From Coriobacteriia bacterium (GTDB lineage: Bacteria > Actinomycetota > Coriobacteriia > Anaerosomatales > SLCP01): DNA of 64,000 nt. Both the position numbers and the translations under genes were made by a program. Positions 1 through 8,667 of this stretch are shown here, in pieces (position 1 is the stretch's first letter; the number at the start of each line of letters is the position of its first letter). The notes beneath the pieces are model-generated. The model saw only the letters and a program-made list of their open reading frames with translations, was not told the DNA's origin and made no database searches. Location: positions 9,383 through 73,382 of the forward strand of contig JACUUN010000001.1 of NCBI GenBank assembly GCA_014859265.1, in the 5' to 3' direction.

Positions 1-794
1 GCATCAGGAAGCGAGGGGCAGGCCTCGGTCCCGCAGTGACGTTCCTCTTCTCCGGGCCCGCCATCAATATCGCGGCGATGTTCTTGACCGTCTCCGTCCT
101 CGGACTGAAGCTCGGACTCGGGCGGATTGTGGCGGCTGTCGGCCTGTCGGTGCTCGTGGGCCTCACGATGCAGGCCATCTTCCGCGAGAAGCCCGAGGCG
201 GGAGGGCTCTTCGTCGAGGAGTACGACCAGGTCCGCACAGCCTCACACGTACTCGCCCCGCTGTTCGCAGCGATGGTCGGGGTGCTCGTGGTAAACGGGC
301 TGGCCATCGATCCGCTCATCAAGTACGGACTCATGTTCTCCCTTGTAGCTCTGGTGGTCGGCATAGCGGTCTTCGCTCTGCACAGGGAGACCATGAGGCA
401 GTGGCTCTCGGAGACGTGGGGCTTCACGAAGACGCTCCTGCCCCTGTTGTTCATCGGCGTGTTCATCGCCGGCTTCGTCATGGTCTTCATCCCGGACAGC
501 CTCGTCATCTCGCTGGTGGGCGAGAACTCGCTCGCGGGCAACGCGGTGGCCGCAGTGTTCGGTGCGTTCATGTACTTCTCGACCCTCACTGAGATCCCGA
601 TCCTCCATGCGCTCATCGGGAAGGGAATGGCGGACGGACCGGCACTCGCGCTCTTGCTCGCAGGGCCGTCACTCAGCCTTCCGAACATGCTGGTGATCCG
701 CAAGGTGCTCGGCACGGGCAAGACCGCGGTCTACGTGCTGCTCGTAGTCTTCTATGCGGCAGTCGGCAGCTGGATCTTCGGGCTGATATGGTGA
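1..794 (+). CDS. Predicted permease (COG0701/ArsP-like), 5' end outside window
   Basis: The frame stays open from nt 3 with no stop upstream of the GTG at 36. 'FLFSGPAINIAAM' and 'LLLAGPSLSLPNMLVI' look like the paired GPxxN motifs of this permease family. Several hydrophobic TM segments are present. Confidence 0.75.
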   Translation, partial: IRKRGAGLGPAVTFLFSGPAINIAAMFLTVSVLGLKLGLGRIVAAVGLSVLVGLTMQAIFREKPEAGGLFVEEYDQVRTASHVLAPLFAAMVGVLVVNGLAIDPLIKYGLMFSLVALVVGIAVFALHRETMRQWLSETWGFTKTLLPLLFIGVFIAGFVMVFIPDSLVISLVGENSLAGNAVAAVFGAFMYFSTLTEIPILHALIGKGMADGPALALLLAGPSLSLPNMLVIRKVLGTGKTAVYVLLVVFYAAVGSWIFGLIW

Positions 795-812
795 GAGAGG
801 GGAGGGGTTCGG

Positions 813-1163
813 ATGACGCATGTCCACCTCGATGAGGCGTTCAAGGCGCTCGCCTCGGCACCGCGCCGGGAGATTCTCCGCCTGCTCGGGGATGCCGGAG
901 GCACGGCGACCGACAAGACGTGCTGCGCTCCCCGGGAGGTCTGCGCGTGCAAACTGGCCGAGGAACTCGGCTTGGCGGCATCGACGATCTCGCACCACAT
1001 GACCGTCTTGCGCGACGCGGGACTCGTGCACGCGCGCAAAGGGGGGCAGTGGGTGTACTACTCACTCGATCGCGAGGCACTTCATGCTGTAGCCGAGGCG
1101 ATTGAATCGTTCCAAGAGGGCGGTCGCCCCGCTCGCAGGTACACGGAAAGGGTGACGACATGA
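813..1163 (+). CDS. ArsR/SmtB-family transcriptional regulator
   Basis: Winged-helix recognition helix 'LAASTISHHMTVLRDAGLV'. Cys-rich 'CCAPREVCAC' sits at the alpha3 sensing site. A purine-rich RBS lies upstream of the ATG at 813. Confidence 0.9.
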   Translation: MTHVHLDEAFKALASAPRREILRLLGDAGGTATDKTCCAPREVCACKLAEELGLAASTISHHMTVLRDAGLVHARKGGQWVYYSLDREALHAVAEAIESFQEGGRPARRYTERVTT

Positions 1164-1396
1164 TCCTCAAGGTCCTCGGCTCGGGCTGTGCCAACTGTCA
1201 CAGACTCGAAGAGGCGGTGAACCGCGCGGTGGCCGAGCTCAGCATCGACGCGACGGTCGACAAGGTGACCGACATCAACGACATCGTCTCCTACGGCATC
1301 ATGGCGACCCCTGCGCTCGTGGTCGACGAGAAGGTCGTGCTGGCCGGGCGCGTGCCCTCAGCCGAGGAGATCAAGAAGATCCTGCAGTCGGGGTAG
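1160..1396 (+). CDS. Small thioredoxin-fold protein (redox-active disulfide protein 2-like)
   Basis: 78 aa with an N-terminal 'GSGCANC' CxxC motif. ATGA start/stop overlap with the ArsR gene. Confidence 0.8.
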   Translation: MILKVLGSGCANCHRLEEAVNRAVAELSIDATVDKVTDINDIVSYGIMATPALVVDEKVVLAGRVPSAEEIKKILQSG

Positions 1397-1414
1397 AAGG
1401 AGCGACACCTCGTT

Positions 1415-1957
1415 ATGACGCAAGACCAGGAGCCAAACACTCCCACGACGCCGTCCGAGGAGTCCGCGCCTCCCGCCGCACCTTCGGCGCGGGGCAAGGC
1501 GCTCATCGTCCTGGTGGTCGCGCTCATCTTCGCGGTGCTGATCGGTATTCGCCTGGCCGACGGCATGCGGAACGCGCAGCCCGCCGGGACGCCGCCGCCC
1601 GGCGAGTCGCCTGCCGCCGCCGTGCCGGACCCGGTAACCGCGTATGAGACAGCCCTTGCCGAAGGGCGGCCGATTTACGTGTTGTTCCACTCGTCTACCT
1701 GCCCCTCGTGTGTCGAGATTGAAGCCGCCGCCGCCCGGGTGCTGCCCGAGTACGCCGACTCGGTCTCGTTCGTGGATGTCTACACCGACGACCCGCGGGC
1801 TCGGCCGCTGTTCTCGCGGTTCGCCTTCCAGTACATCCCGACATCCTTCTTCCTTGCTGGGGATGGAAGCGTGGTCGATCAGCACACCGGTGTTCTGAAC
1901 GATGCCGAGATGCGCGAGCGCCTCGATACGCTTGTGGACGCCTCTGAGAACGGATAG
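1415..1957 (+). CDS. Membrane-anchored thioredoxin-like protein
   Basis: N-terminal TM helix 'LIVLVVALIFAVLIGI'. Thioredoxin-type active site 'STCPSC'. Confidence 0.75.
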   Translation: MTQDQEPNTPTTPSEESAPPAAPSARGKALIVLVVALIFAVLIGIRLADGMRNAQPAGTPPPGESPAAAVPDPVTAYETALAEGRPIYVLFHSSTCPSCVEIEAAAARVLPEYADSVSFVDVYTDDPRARPLFSRFAFQYIPTSFFLAGDGSVVDQHTGVLNDAEMRERLDTLVDASENG

Positions 1958-1959
1958 CC

Positions 1960-2676
1960 GTGCTCGAATCGTTGGCGGCCCAACTGGGCACGCAAACCTC
2001 CGGCATCACACTGGTCTCCTTCGCCGTTGCGCTGCTCGGTGGCGTACTCGCTGGCTTCGGCCCCTGCGTCCTGCCGATGGTGCCTGCGATCTTCGGCTAC
2101 ATCACGGGCTCGCTACCGGGCGAGGCGGTGGCGACGGGCAGCGTCGCACATGCTACGAGGCGGTCCCTCGGTCTGGTAGCGATCTTCGTATTCGGCGTGG
2201 CGCTCTCTTCTGCCGGCATAGGGGTGTTAGCCGCGGTGCTCGGTAGGGCGATCTTCGTCGGCGCGTGGGCAAACTACCTCGTGGCAGCCATATGCGTGGT
2301 GCTCGGTCTGCGAATGCTCGAGGTCCTGCACTTCAACATCCCCGGACTGGACAGCGCTATCGCGCAGCGTTCGAGACGGCGTGGCCTGCTGGGTACGCTT
2401 GCATTCGGGCTCGCATTCGGGCTCGTCGTACCACCGTGTTCCACGCCCGTCCTGGCAGTGATCGCCACACTTGCGGCGGCCAGTGGCGACCCGGTGACCG
2501 GTGCGGGGCTGCTATTCTTCTATGGGATTGGGCGTGGAGCGCCGCTGCTGCTCATCGCCCTGTTCTCCGGAGCGCTCACCCGGTTGACCGGGTTCTCGCG
2601 GGCGACCGTCACGCTTCAGCGTATCGGCGGCGTGGCTCTGATTGCGGCAGCAGCCTACCTCGTCTGGATCGCCTGA
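1960..2676 (+). CDS. ccdA: Cytochrome c biogenesis/thiol-disulfide transporter CcdA (DsbD transmembrane domain)
   Basis: Polytopic membrane protein with Cys in TM1 ('GFGPCVLPMVP') and a second Cys in 'VVPPCSTPVL'. It follows two thioredoxin-like genes. Confidence 0.85.
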   Translation: MLESLAAQLGTQTSGITLVSFAVALLGGVLAGFGPCVLPMVPAIFGYITGSLPGEAVATGSVAHATRRSLGLVAIFVFGVALSSAGIGVLAAVLGRAIFVGAWANYLVAAICVVLGLRMLEVLHFNIPGLDSAIAQRSRRRGLLGTLAFGLAFGLVVPPCSTPVLAVIATLAAASGDPVTGAGLLFFYGIGRGAPLLLIALFSGALTRLTGFSRATVTLQRIGGVALIAAAAYLVWIA

Positions 2677-2944
2677 GCGGGGGTTCGCGTCCGGTCGTCC
2701 CCAGCAGTACTCAGGCGGTACCGGCGGGCGGAACGCGAACGAGTCGAGGTCCCATCCGGCCGACTCGCCGACTGCGAACCATGTGCCCAGTGTTCAGACC
2801 GCGCGACGTGAGGTGGAGGGGTGTATTCCCATGGCGACTCCTCTGTGCGGCCGGCGATGTGCTGCATGGACTCGAGCGGCTCCTATCAGGGACAATCGTG
2901 GAACCACAGCGGGTGTCGGCGGGTAGTTCGGGAAGGGAGAACGC

Positions 2945-4564
2945 ATGCGCATCGTGCTCGCGGGTGCACTTCTCGCGGTGCTTCTTCTTGTCACGGCATG
3001 CGCTCCCGGCAGTCCCGGGCGTTCGGATGGAGATGTGCCGGCGGCTGCACCGGCCCCCGCGCCTGCCCCGCTGCGGCTGGTGCAGGGCCCGATGCCTTTG
3101 ACGCCATCGGAACTGGACGGTGACGGCATCAAGGTCGCGACCTTTCTTGGCGATGCGCACCGGCGCACCTACGGGCGAGGACCGGTGCCGGAGCGGCTCG
3201 ACCTCATCTGGAAGGCGCGCATCGGCACGGGATCGACGACCGGTCTGGGCGGCGTCATCGTGCAGTGGTCTGGCACGGGCTGGACCGGACAGCCCACCCT
3301 CGTGCGCGAAGACGGGCGCGACTACCTGCTGATCGGCGGATACGACCACAACCTGCGCAAGATCGACGCGCAGACCGGCGAGGAGGTGTGGACGTACGAG
3401 TTCCCCGACGTGATCAAGGGCACGAACACCGTGTTCGCCCCTCCGGGGACGGCCAGTGACCCATCGAGCTACATCGTCGTGGCAGGTTCGAGGCGAGGCA
3501 TCGGCGTGCCGGCCGGCGCCGCCAGCATCGCGCCGTTCAGGGGCGTGTCGTATGCGAGTGGCGAGGAGCTGTGGCGTCACCCAGTGCCGAGGACCCGCTC
3601 GTACAGCCAGGACGTGGACGCGAGCGCGCTCTACGTCCACGGTCGCCTCTACGCAGCCGTCGAGTCGGGGTACGTGTACGCGCTCGAACCCACAGCCACC
3701 GTTGAGTGGGACGGGAATCGCCGCCCGGGGGTGATCGCGCGTTCGGCCGAGCTCTATACCGCGCAAGACATCCAGCGCCACGGTGGGAACCTGGTGCTCG
3801 AATCCTCCCCGGCGATCTCGGGTAAGACGCTATATGTCGCGGCCGGGTCCGGTCACGTCTATGGGCTCGACCTCGATGACCTGAGCATCGTCTGGGACTT
3901 CTACATAGGTTCTGACCTCGATGGCACCGTTGCCGTGACCACAGACGGCCATCTTCTGGTGCCGGTCGAGAAGCAGTACATCTCCGGGCCGGGCGGAGTC
4001 TACAAGCTCGATCCGACCAAACCGCCGAGCGAGGCCGTGATGTGGTACTTCCCGACCGAGGATCGCGGAATCGGGGAATGGCAGGGCGGCGTAATCGGGT
4101 CGGTCGCCATCGACGACGCGACAGACCCCAATCACGCGCGGCCTCCCCTTGCGGTCTTCAACTCGGTCGACGGTCGCCTCTATGTCGTCTCGCAGGACCT
4201 CGTGGACGGCACCACAATCGGGCCGAACCGCGAACCCGACCTGCCTCGGCCGGTGCTGGTGCACCGCCAGGACGTCGGCGGATCGATCTCGACGCCGATC
4301 ATCATCGGCGACTCCATCGTCACGGCAGGCTACGACGGCAAGGTGCGCGTGCTCAAGATCATCTCCCAGCCTGCGAAGGAGAGCGAGACGGGGGACGGCG
4401 TGCTCCTGCGCGCCCGGGACGGCTCGTGGCACGTCGTGAGCGTGGCTGAAGTGGCGAGTTTCACGGGTGGCGGCTCCTACGAGTCCACGCCGCTCGTGTG
4501 GGAGGGTCGCATCTATATAGGCTCGCGCGACGGCTTTCTCTACTGTCTCGGCGTGGCTGAATAG
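2945..4564 (+). CDS. PQQ-like beta-propeller repeat lipoprotein
   Basis: Lipobox 'LLLVTAC'. Repeated 'G.LY..a..G.vYAL/GLD' blades typical of PQQ/BamB-like propellers. Confidence 0.7.
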   Translation: MRIVLAGALLAVLLLVTACAPGSPGRSDGDVPAAAPAPAPAPLRLVQGPMPLTPSELDGDGIKVATFLGDAHRRTYGRGPVPERLDLIWKARIGTGSTTGLGGVIVQWSGTGWTGQPTLVREDGRDYLLIGGYDHNLRKIDAQTGEEVWTYEFPDVIKGTNTVFAPPGTASDPSSYIVVAGSRRGIGVPAGAASIAPFRGVSYASGEELWRHPVPRTRSYSQDVDASALYVHGRLYAAVESGYVYALEPTATVEWDGNRRPGVIARSAELYTAQDIQRHGGNLVLESSPAISGKTLYVAAGSGHVYGLDLDDLSIVWDFYIGSDLDGTVAVTTDGHLLVPVEKQYISGPGGVYKLDPTKPPSEAVMWYFPTEDRGIGEWQGGVIGSVAIDDATDPNHARPPLAVFNSVDGRLYVVSQDLVDGTTIGPNREPDLPRPVLVHRQDVGGSISTPIIIGDSIVTAGYDGKVRVLKIISQPAKESETGDGVLLRARDGSWHVVSVAEVASFTGGGSYESTPLVWEGRIYIGSRDGFLYCLGVAE

Positions 4565-4619
4565 GGCGCCAGCTCAGAGCGTTGTCCGGTGTCTCCAGCA
4601 GCCGAGTTGGCGCGAAGCA

Positions 4620-4628
4620 TGCTATAGT
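4620..4628 (+). promoter_or_regulatory. Candidate extended -10 promoter (TGC-TATAGT) for the M23 hydrolase gene
   Basis: TGCTATAGT lies 83 nt upstream of the ATG at 4711. The same TGC-TAnAnT architecture recurs at 37427. Confidence 0.35.
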
Positions 4629-4710
4629 AAGCAGTCGTGATGATGCACACCCGAGGGGCTCCCCAGCGTGCGCCGAGAGGTATGCGCCCTCCGACTTGAA
4701 CCGGGTGAGA

Positions 4711-5781
4711 ATGACCGGAACCGCACACCCGATACGCTCTCTCACACTCGTTGTCACGGCACTGCTGGCCGTGGCGGTGTTCTTGCCTACCCAGGCACCC
4801 GCGACCAAGTCGCGGGTCGAACAGTTACGGGCCGATCTCAACAAGATCAACGACGAGTTCAAGCGCGCGGGTGCGGCTTACGATAAGGCTTTCTGGGCGC
4901 TCGATGAGACCGAGGCCGAGATCGAGAAGACGAGTGCGCGCATCGCCGAGAACGAGGTGGCGCTCGACGAGGCGCAGGTGCAGCTGCAAGGCCGGATGGC
5001 CTCGTGGTATCGCAGTGACGACCTCGGGCTTATGGGCTTCCTGCTCGGCGCGGACGACTTCGCCGATTTCGTGACCCGTATGGACTACGCGAGCCGTATC
5101 GCCACGGCCGACGCCTCGACCATCGAGCGCGTCGAAGAGCTGCTTACCGAGCTTCGCGAGGATCGCGAACGCCTCGAGGTCGAGCAACAGGAACGCGCCA
5201 AGAACGTGGACCGTTTCAAGGCTGAGCGCGACGCGTTGCAGAAGAAGCTGCAGGACAAGAAGTCCGAGTACGACCGGATTCAGCGCGAACTCGCCGAGGT
5301 TGCCCGCCGCGAGGAGGCGGCGCGCCAGCGCGTGGCCGTGGCGCCTTCTCGCTCCGGCAGCGTCTCGGCGGTGGCCGGCCCGAACGGGATGGTCTTCCCG
5401 GTGGCCGGCCCGAACTACTACAGCGACACGTGGGGCGCGTCACGTGACGGAGGGCGAAGAAGCCATCAGGGCACCGACATCATGGCTGCGACCGGCACGC
5501 CGGTGGTCGCGACTCTCTCGGGAACCGTGAGCCGGAGCGATGGCGCCAAGAGCGGTCTGTATCTCAAGCTCCATGCCGACAATGGCTGGACCTTCTACTA
5601 CATGCACCTCAACAGTATCTCGGTAGGCTCGGGGCGCGTGACCGCTGGTCAGGTGATCGGTACGGTGGGCTCCTCGGGCAATGCGAGCGCCAGCGCGCCG
5701 CACCTGCACTACGAGATCCACCTGCCGGGCAGAGGCGCGGTCAACCCGTATCCGTATCTGCGCCAGATGCAGGGCCGATAG
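4711..5781 (+). CDS. Coiled-coil M23 family peptidoglycan endopeptidase (PcsB/EnvC-like architecture)
   Basis: Signal/TM 'LTLVVTALLAVAVFL' followed by a long heptad-rich coiled coil. The C-terminal M23 motifs 'HQGTD' (HxxxD) and 'APHLHYEIH' (HxH) are intact. I chose the start at ATG 4711; the tracked ORF starts at 4582. Confidence 0.85.
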   Translation: MTGTAHPIRSLTLVVTALLAVAVFLPTQAPATKSRVEQLRADLNKINDEFKRAGAAYDKAFWALDETEAEIEKTSARIAENEVALDEAQVQLQGRMASWYRSDDLGLMGFLLGADDFADFVTRMDYASRIATADASTIERVEELLTELREDRERLEVEQQERAKNVDRFKAERDALQKKLQDKKSEYDRIQRELAEVARREEAARQRVAVAPSRSGSVSAVAGPNGMVFPVAGPNYYSDTWGASRDGGRRSHQGTDIMAATGTPVVATLSGTVSRSDGAKSGLYLKLHADNGWTFYYMHLNSISVGSGRVTAGQVIGTVGSSGNASASAPHLHYEIHLPGRGAVNPYPYLRQMQGR

Positions 5782-5817
5782 GGCCTGGCGCCCTCTCTGA
5801 CGCGGTTCGTTCGTCGC

Positions 5818-5846
5818 TTGACCCGTACCCGGGGCCTCGCTAGTAT
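5818..5846 (+). promoter_or_regulatory. Candidate sigma-A-type promoter of tRNA-Phe (TTGACC-17-TAGTAT)
   Basis: -35 TTGACC at 5818-5823, 17-nt spacer, -10 TAGTAT at 5841-5846, 15 nt before the tRNA. Confidence 0.5.
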
Positions 5847-5861
5847 GTTCGAGCACTACAC

Positions 5862-5937
5862 GGCCAGGTAGCTCAGATGGTAGAGCAGCGGATTGAAAAT
5901 CCGCGTGTCGGCGGTTCAAGTCCGTCTCTGGCCACCA
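5862..5937 (+). tRNA. tRNA-Phe (anticodon GAA)
   Basis: 76-nt cloverleaf. Acceptor stem GGCCAGG/TCTGGCC, anticodon loop 'TTGAAAA' and T-arm 'GGTTCAAGTCC'. CCA is encoded. Confidence 0.95.
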
Positions 5938-5950
5938 GTGCGATCTCGGG

Positions 5951-5974
5951 GAGCCGCTCCGGTCGGGGCGGCTC
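5951..5974 (+). terminator. Stem-loop after tRNA-Phe
   Basis: GAGCCGC (5951-5957) pairs with GCGGCTC (5968-5974) and is followed by TTCTGCTGC. Confidence 0.5.
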
Positions 5975-6294
5975 TTCTGCTGCTGTGAGTCGGGGCCTCT
6001 GCCGAGCGCGACGTGTTTCCCGGTGCTATCGTCTGCTCGGATGTCAGCGTTGACTCCGGAGAGGTGTCTGTGCCCGATCCGGAAACCTCGCCGTACAGGG
6101 GATCGGCGCAACGTCCTACCATCGATCGGCCGCAGCCGTGGAGCGGTTCAGAGTGGGTCCAGTGGCACGCACGCGCCAGGACGAGCTCTGTCCGATCGGT
6201 CACTCGTCCCCGATACACGCCACGCTGTCCCCTGGGTCTGGCGCGCATTGCGACAAGACGGGTACACGTGAATCGAGGGCTCTTCTTCATTTCA

Positions 6295-6328
6295 GAAAGG
6301 ACCTCCGTAGGCGAGCGGGGGTCCTTTC
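6295..6328 (-). terminator. Stem-loop downstream of the 6379..7167 gene
   Basis: 9-bp inverted repeat GAAAGGACC (6295-6303) / GGTCCTTTC (6320-6328), 50 nt past the stop. There is no T-tract. Confidence 0.35.
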
Positions 6329-6378
6329 GCATATCGTAATGAGCGGTGTCATCGCATGTTGTGGCGCTCCGGCCCGTG

Positions 6379-7167
6379 TCAGACGGCCTCCGCGCTCGCC
6401 CGGTCGTAGGCGGCCATCGTCTCGAGGACAGGCTCCAACTCGATCTTCGCACTGAGGTCTCGTGCGATCGTACAGGTTCGTACCGCGAGTGCGACCGCGA
6501 GATCGACCATGAGGTGGAGCAGGTGATCAGAGGGGCCGACCCGAAGCGCGGGCTCCTCGTCTCCCTCGGCGAAGTAGTAGCTGCTCGTGGTCTTGATGTT
6601 CGCGTGCGCCACGTCGGAAAGCCACGGATAGAGCGCCTTGAAGATCTGCGACAGATCGGGGTCGGCGTCCTTCAGTCCCCGCGCCATCGCCGAGGGCGTC
6701 CTGTTCGACCACCACACGGGACTGCCGGAGGTGCGGGACTCGTCTTCGATGCGCCTGATGTGATCGGTCTTCTGCAGCCCGAGACCGAGCCGTTCGCTCA
6801 GCTTCCAGTACTCCAGGGAGCGCTGCTCGTCGAAGTGCAGCCACTTCCGGACGCGTGAGTGCGGGCGGAGCGAGAGATAGCGCAGGCTGAGCGCATCTTC
6901 GAGCATCGAGCGGACGATTGGGGCGGCCTCGACCGCATAGCCAGACCGGCACGAGACTACCACGGCGTGTAGGCATCTGAGTGCGCGAACAGCATGGAAG
7001 GTGCCGATAAGTCCGGCCTCGTCGGTACCGAGCGGTCCCGGAACCGGAACAGCGTCTGCGAGCCCGCGCTCGATGGCATCGGCCACCCCAGATGCGGCGT
7101 CGAGCAAGCACTCCTCGGCCTCATCGAGGGGCCAACGGGGGAGTCTTGTGGGCGGTGTCTCCCCCAT
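6379..7167 (-). CDS. Hypothetical helical protein (orphan)
   Basis: 262-aa ORF with good high-GC3 codon usage and no motif I can name with confidence. It looks all-alpha by composition. Confidence 0.6.
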   Translation of the reverse strand: MGETPPTRLPRWPLDEAEECLLDAASGVADAIERGLADAVPVPGPLGTDEAGLIGTFHAVRALRCLHAVVVSCRSGYAVEAAPIVRSMLEDALSLRYLSLRPHSRVRKWLHFDEQRSLEYWKLSERLGLGLQKTDHIRRIEDESRTSGSPVWWSNRTPSAMARGLKDADPDLSQIFKALYPWLSDVAHANIKTTSSYYFAEGDEEPALRVGPSDHLLHLMVDLAVALAVRTCTIARDLSAKIELEPVLETMAAYDRASAEAV

Positions 7168-7188
7168 GTGCTTCCTCCGCTCGGTCCG

Positions 7189-8667
7189 CTACAGGTACTG
7201 CCAGACGTCGTCGATACCGGCGTCTGCGGCAGGGATACAGTCGGTGATCGAATGCGCGAACTGCCCGCTCGCCGGGTCGACCACGCGCAGATCGAGCACC
7301 TCCGGCTCCTCGTACCACCGTCCCGCGGCATCGGCGAGCATCTTCACCCGCGGGTGCAGGAGGTCGTCGTTATTGACACGGAACACTACCGCGGTACATC
7401 CGTCGTCGAGCACGACCACCGCTCCCATGGGGTAGATGCCCAACATCGCCACGAGCGCCTTCGTGAGATTCGGGTCGTAGGCTTTGCCCCGCCCCTGCAT
7501 GAGGACAGCGAGCGCCTTGTCCGGGCGAATCTCGCGGCGGAAGGGACGGCGCGTAGTCATGGCATCGTAGGCGTCGCACAACGCGACGACCTTGCTGAAG
7601 AGGTGTTGCTCCTGCCCGGCCGGTGGGGCGGGATACCCCTGCAGGTCGTGACGCTGGTGGTGCTCGAAGGCGACCACCATCGGCATCTGGTCGACCAGCT
7701 GGATGCGCTTAAGCAGGTCCGCCCCCTCCTCGGCGTGGCTCTTAACGATGTGCCACTCGTCGGTCGTGAGCGGGCCCTGCTTGTTGAGGATGTCTTCGGG
7801 GATGCGTACCTTGCCGAGGTCGTAGAGGAGCGCTGAAAGCCCGAGGGAACGCAAGGACGCCGTATCCAGGGTGAGGGACGCTCCGAGCGAGAGCGCGAGG
7901 ATGCACACGTTGATCGAGTGATTGAGCGTGTAGTCGTCGTGGCCCTTGATTGCGGTCAGCCCGAGGACAGCGGCTGGGTCGCGGAAGAGGTTGTCGAGGA
8001 GTGAACTTACGACATTCTGCAACGGCTCGGTCTCGAAGATCTTGCCTAGTTTGGCCTGGGTCTCCACGTCGCGCATCGCCTCGACGCCGGCATTGTAGCT
8101 CTGCCGTGCGCGGGCCTTGTTCTCGCGGCCCTCCTCCTCGCGACCGGCATCCTCGAGCGCAGTGGTCTCGGCGATGTCGACACCGGTGGCGTTTCGGCGG
8201 TCGAGCGCGAGCCGGGCGGCGTCGATGTCGGTGATCGAGCTGTCCGAGATGACCTCGGCCAGGACCGCCGCATCAGTGGTGGAGAACGACTCCAGGAAGG
8301 TCATTGCCGAGATTCCGCGCCCGAGCAGCTCCTCGATCATCCGGCGGTGGGTGACGCTCTCCTCGGGAAACACCTGGTTCTCGACGAACAGGGTACTCTT
8401 GTAGATGTTCACCGTCACGTCACGGAAGCCGGCGGCGCGCAGGTCGTCCACAGCCGTGACGAGCTCACCGAGAGATTGAGCCACAAGCGGGTGGCTCGTC
8501 GGATAGAGACCGGCGTTGGTGTGCGAGACCGCAAGTGCGCGCACCAGTTCCTTGGCCTTTGCAAGACGCGCGGGGTCGGCGAAGGGGGCCTTGCTGGCGG
8601 GAGCAATCTGTGCGGCAATCTCTGCGGGCGACTCGAGATCGTCACGCGTGGGTCCGGTGTCAGTCAC
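7189..8667 (-). CDS. HD-GYP domain protein with degenerate catalytic motifs
   Basis: Contains 'NHSINVCILAL', 'LLYDLGKVRIPEDIL' and 'HHQRHDLQGYP'. The C-terminal 'YPMGAVVVLDDGCTAVV' is typical of HD-GYP proteins. The HD dyad reads YD (TAC codon at 7822-7824). The GTG start overlaps the upstream gene by 8 nt. Confidence 0.85.
   Translation of the reverse strand: MTDTGPTRDDLESPAEIAAQIAPASKAPFADPARLAKAKELVRALAVSHTNAGLYPTSHPLVAQSLGELVTAVDDLRAAGFRDVTVNIYKSTLFVENQVFPEESVTHRRMIEELLGRGISAMTFLESFSTTDAAVLAEVISDSSITDIDAARLALDRRNATGVDIAETTALEDAGREEEGRENKARARQSYNAGVEAMRDVETQAKLGKIFETEPLQNVVSSLLDNLFRDPAAVLGLTAIKGHDDYTLNHSINVCILALSLGASLTLDTASLRSLGLSALLYDLGKVRIPEDILNKQGPLTTDEWHIVKSHAEEGADLLKRIQLVDQMPMVVAFEHHQRHDLQGYPAPPAGQEQHLFSKVVALCDAYDAMTTRRPFRREIRPDKALAVLMQGRGKAYDPNLTKALVAMLGIYPMGAVVVLDDGCTAVVFRVNNDDLLHPRVKMLADAAGRWYEEPEVLDLRVVDPASGQFAHSITDCIPAADAGIDDVWQYL

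Noticed and set aside
2711-3781. 356-aa minus-strand ORF antisense to the beta-propeller lipoprotein gene. Similar long shadow ORFs lie at 9333-10496 (+), 13675-15285 (+), 16028-17464 (-), 42560-43873 (-), 45752-46975 (-), 58613-59986 (-) and 61806-62903 (-).
   Set aside because: They are Arg/Pro/Gly/Ala-rich, low-complexity translations with no recognisable motifs. Each lies opposite a gene with strong family signatures. They are typical high-GC antisense open frames.
6013-6339. 108-aa plus-strand ORF, with overlapping ORFs on both strands, inside the spacer after tRNA-Phe.
   Set aside because: There is no RBS, the composition is Arg/Ser/Pro-rich, several frames overlap mutually, and there are no motifs. 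I treated the region as non-coding.
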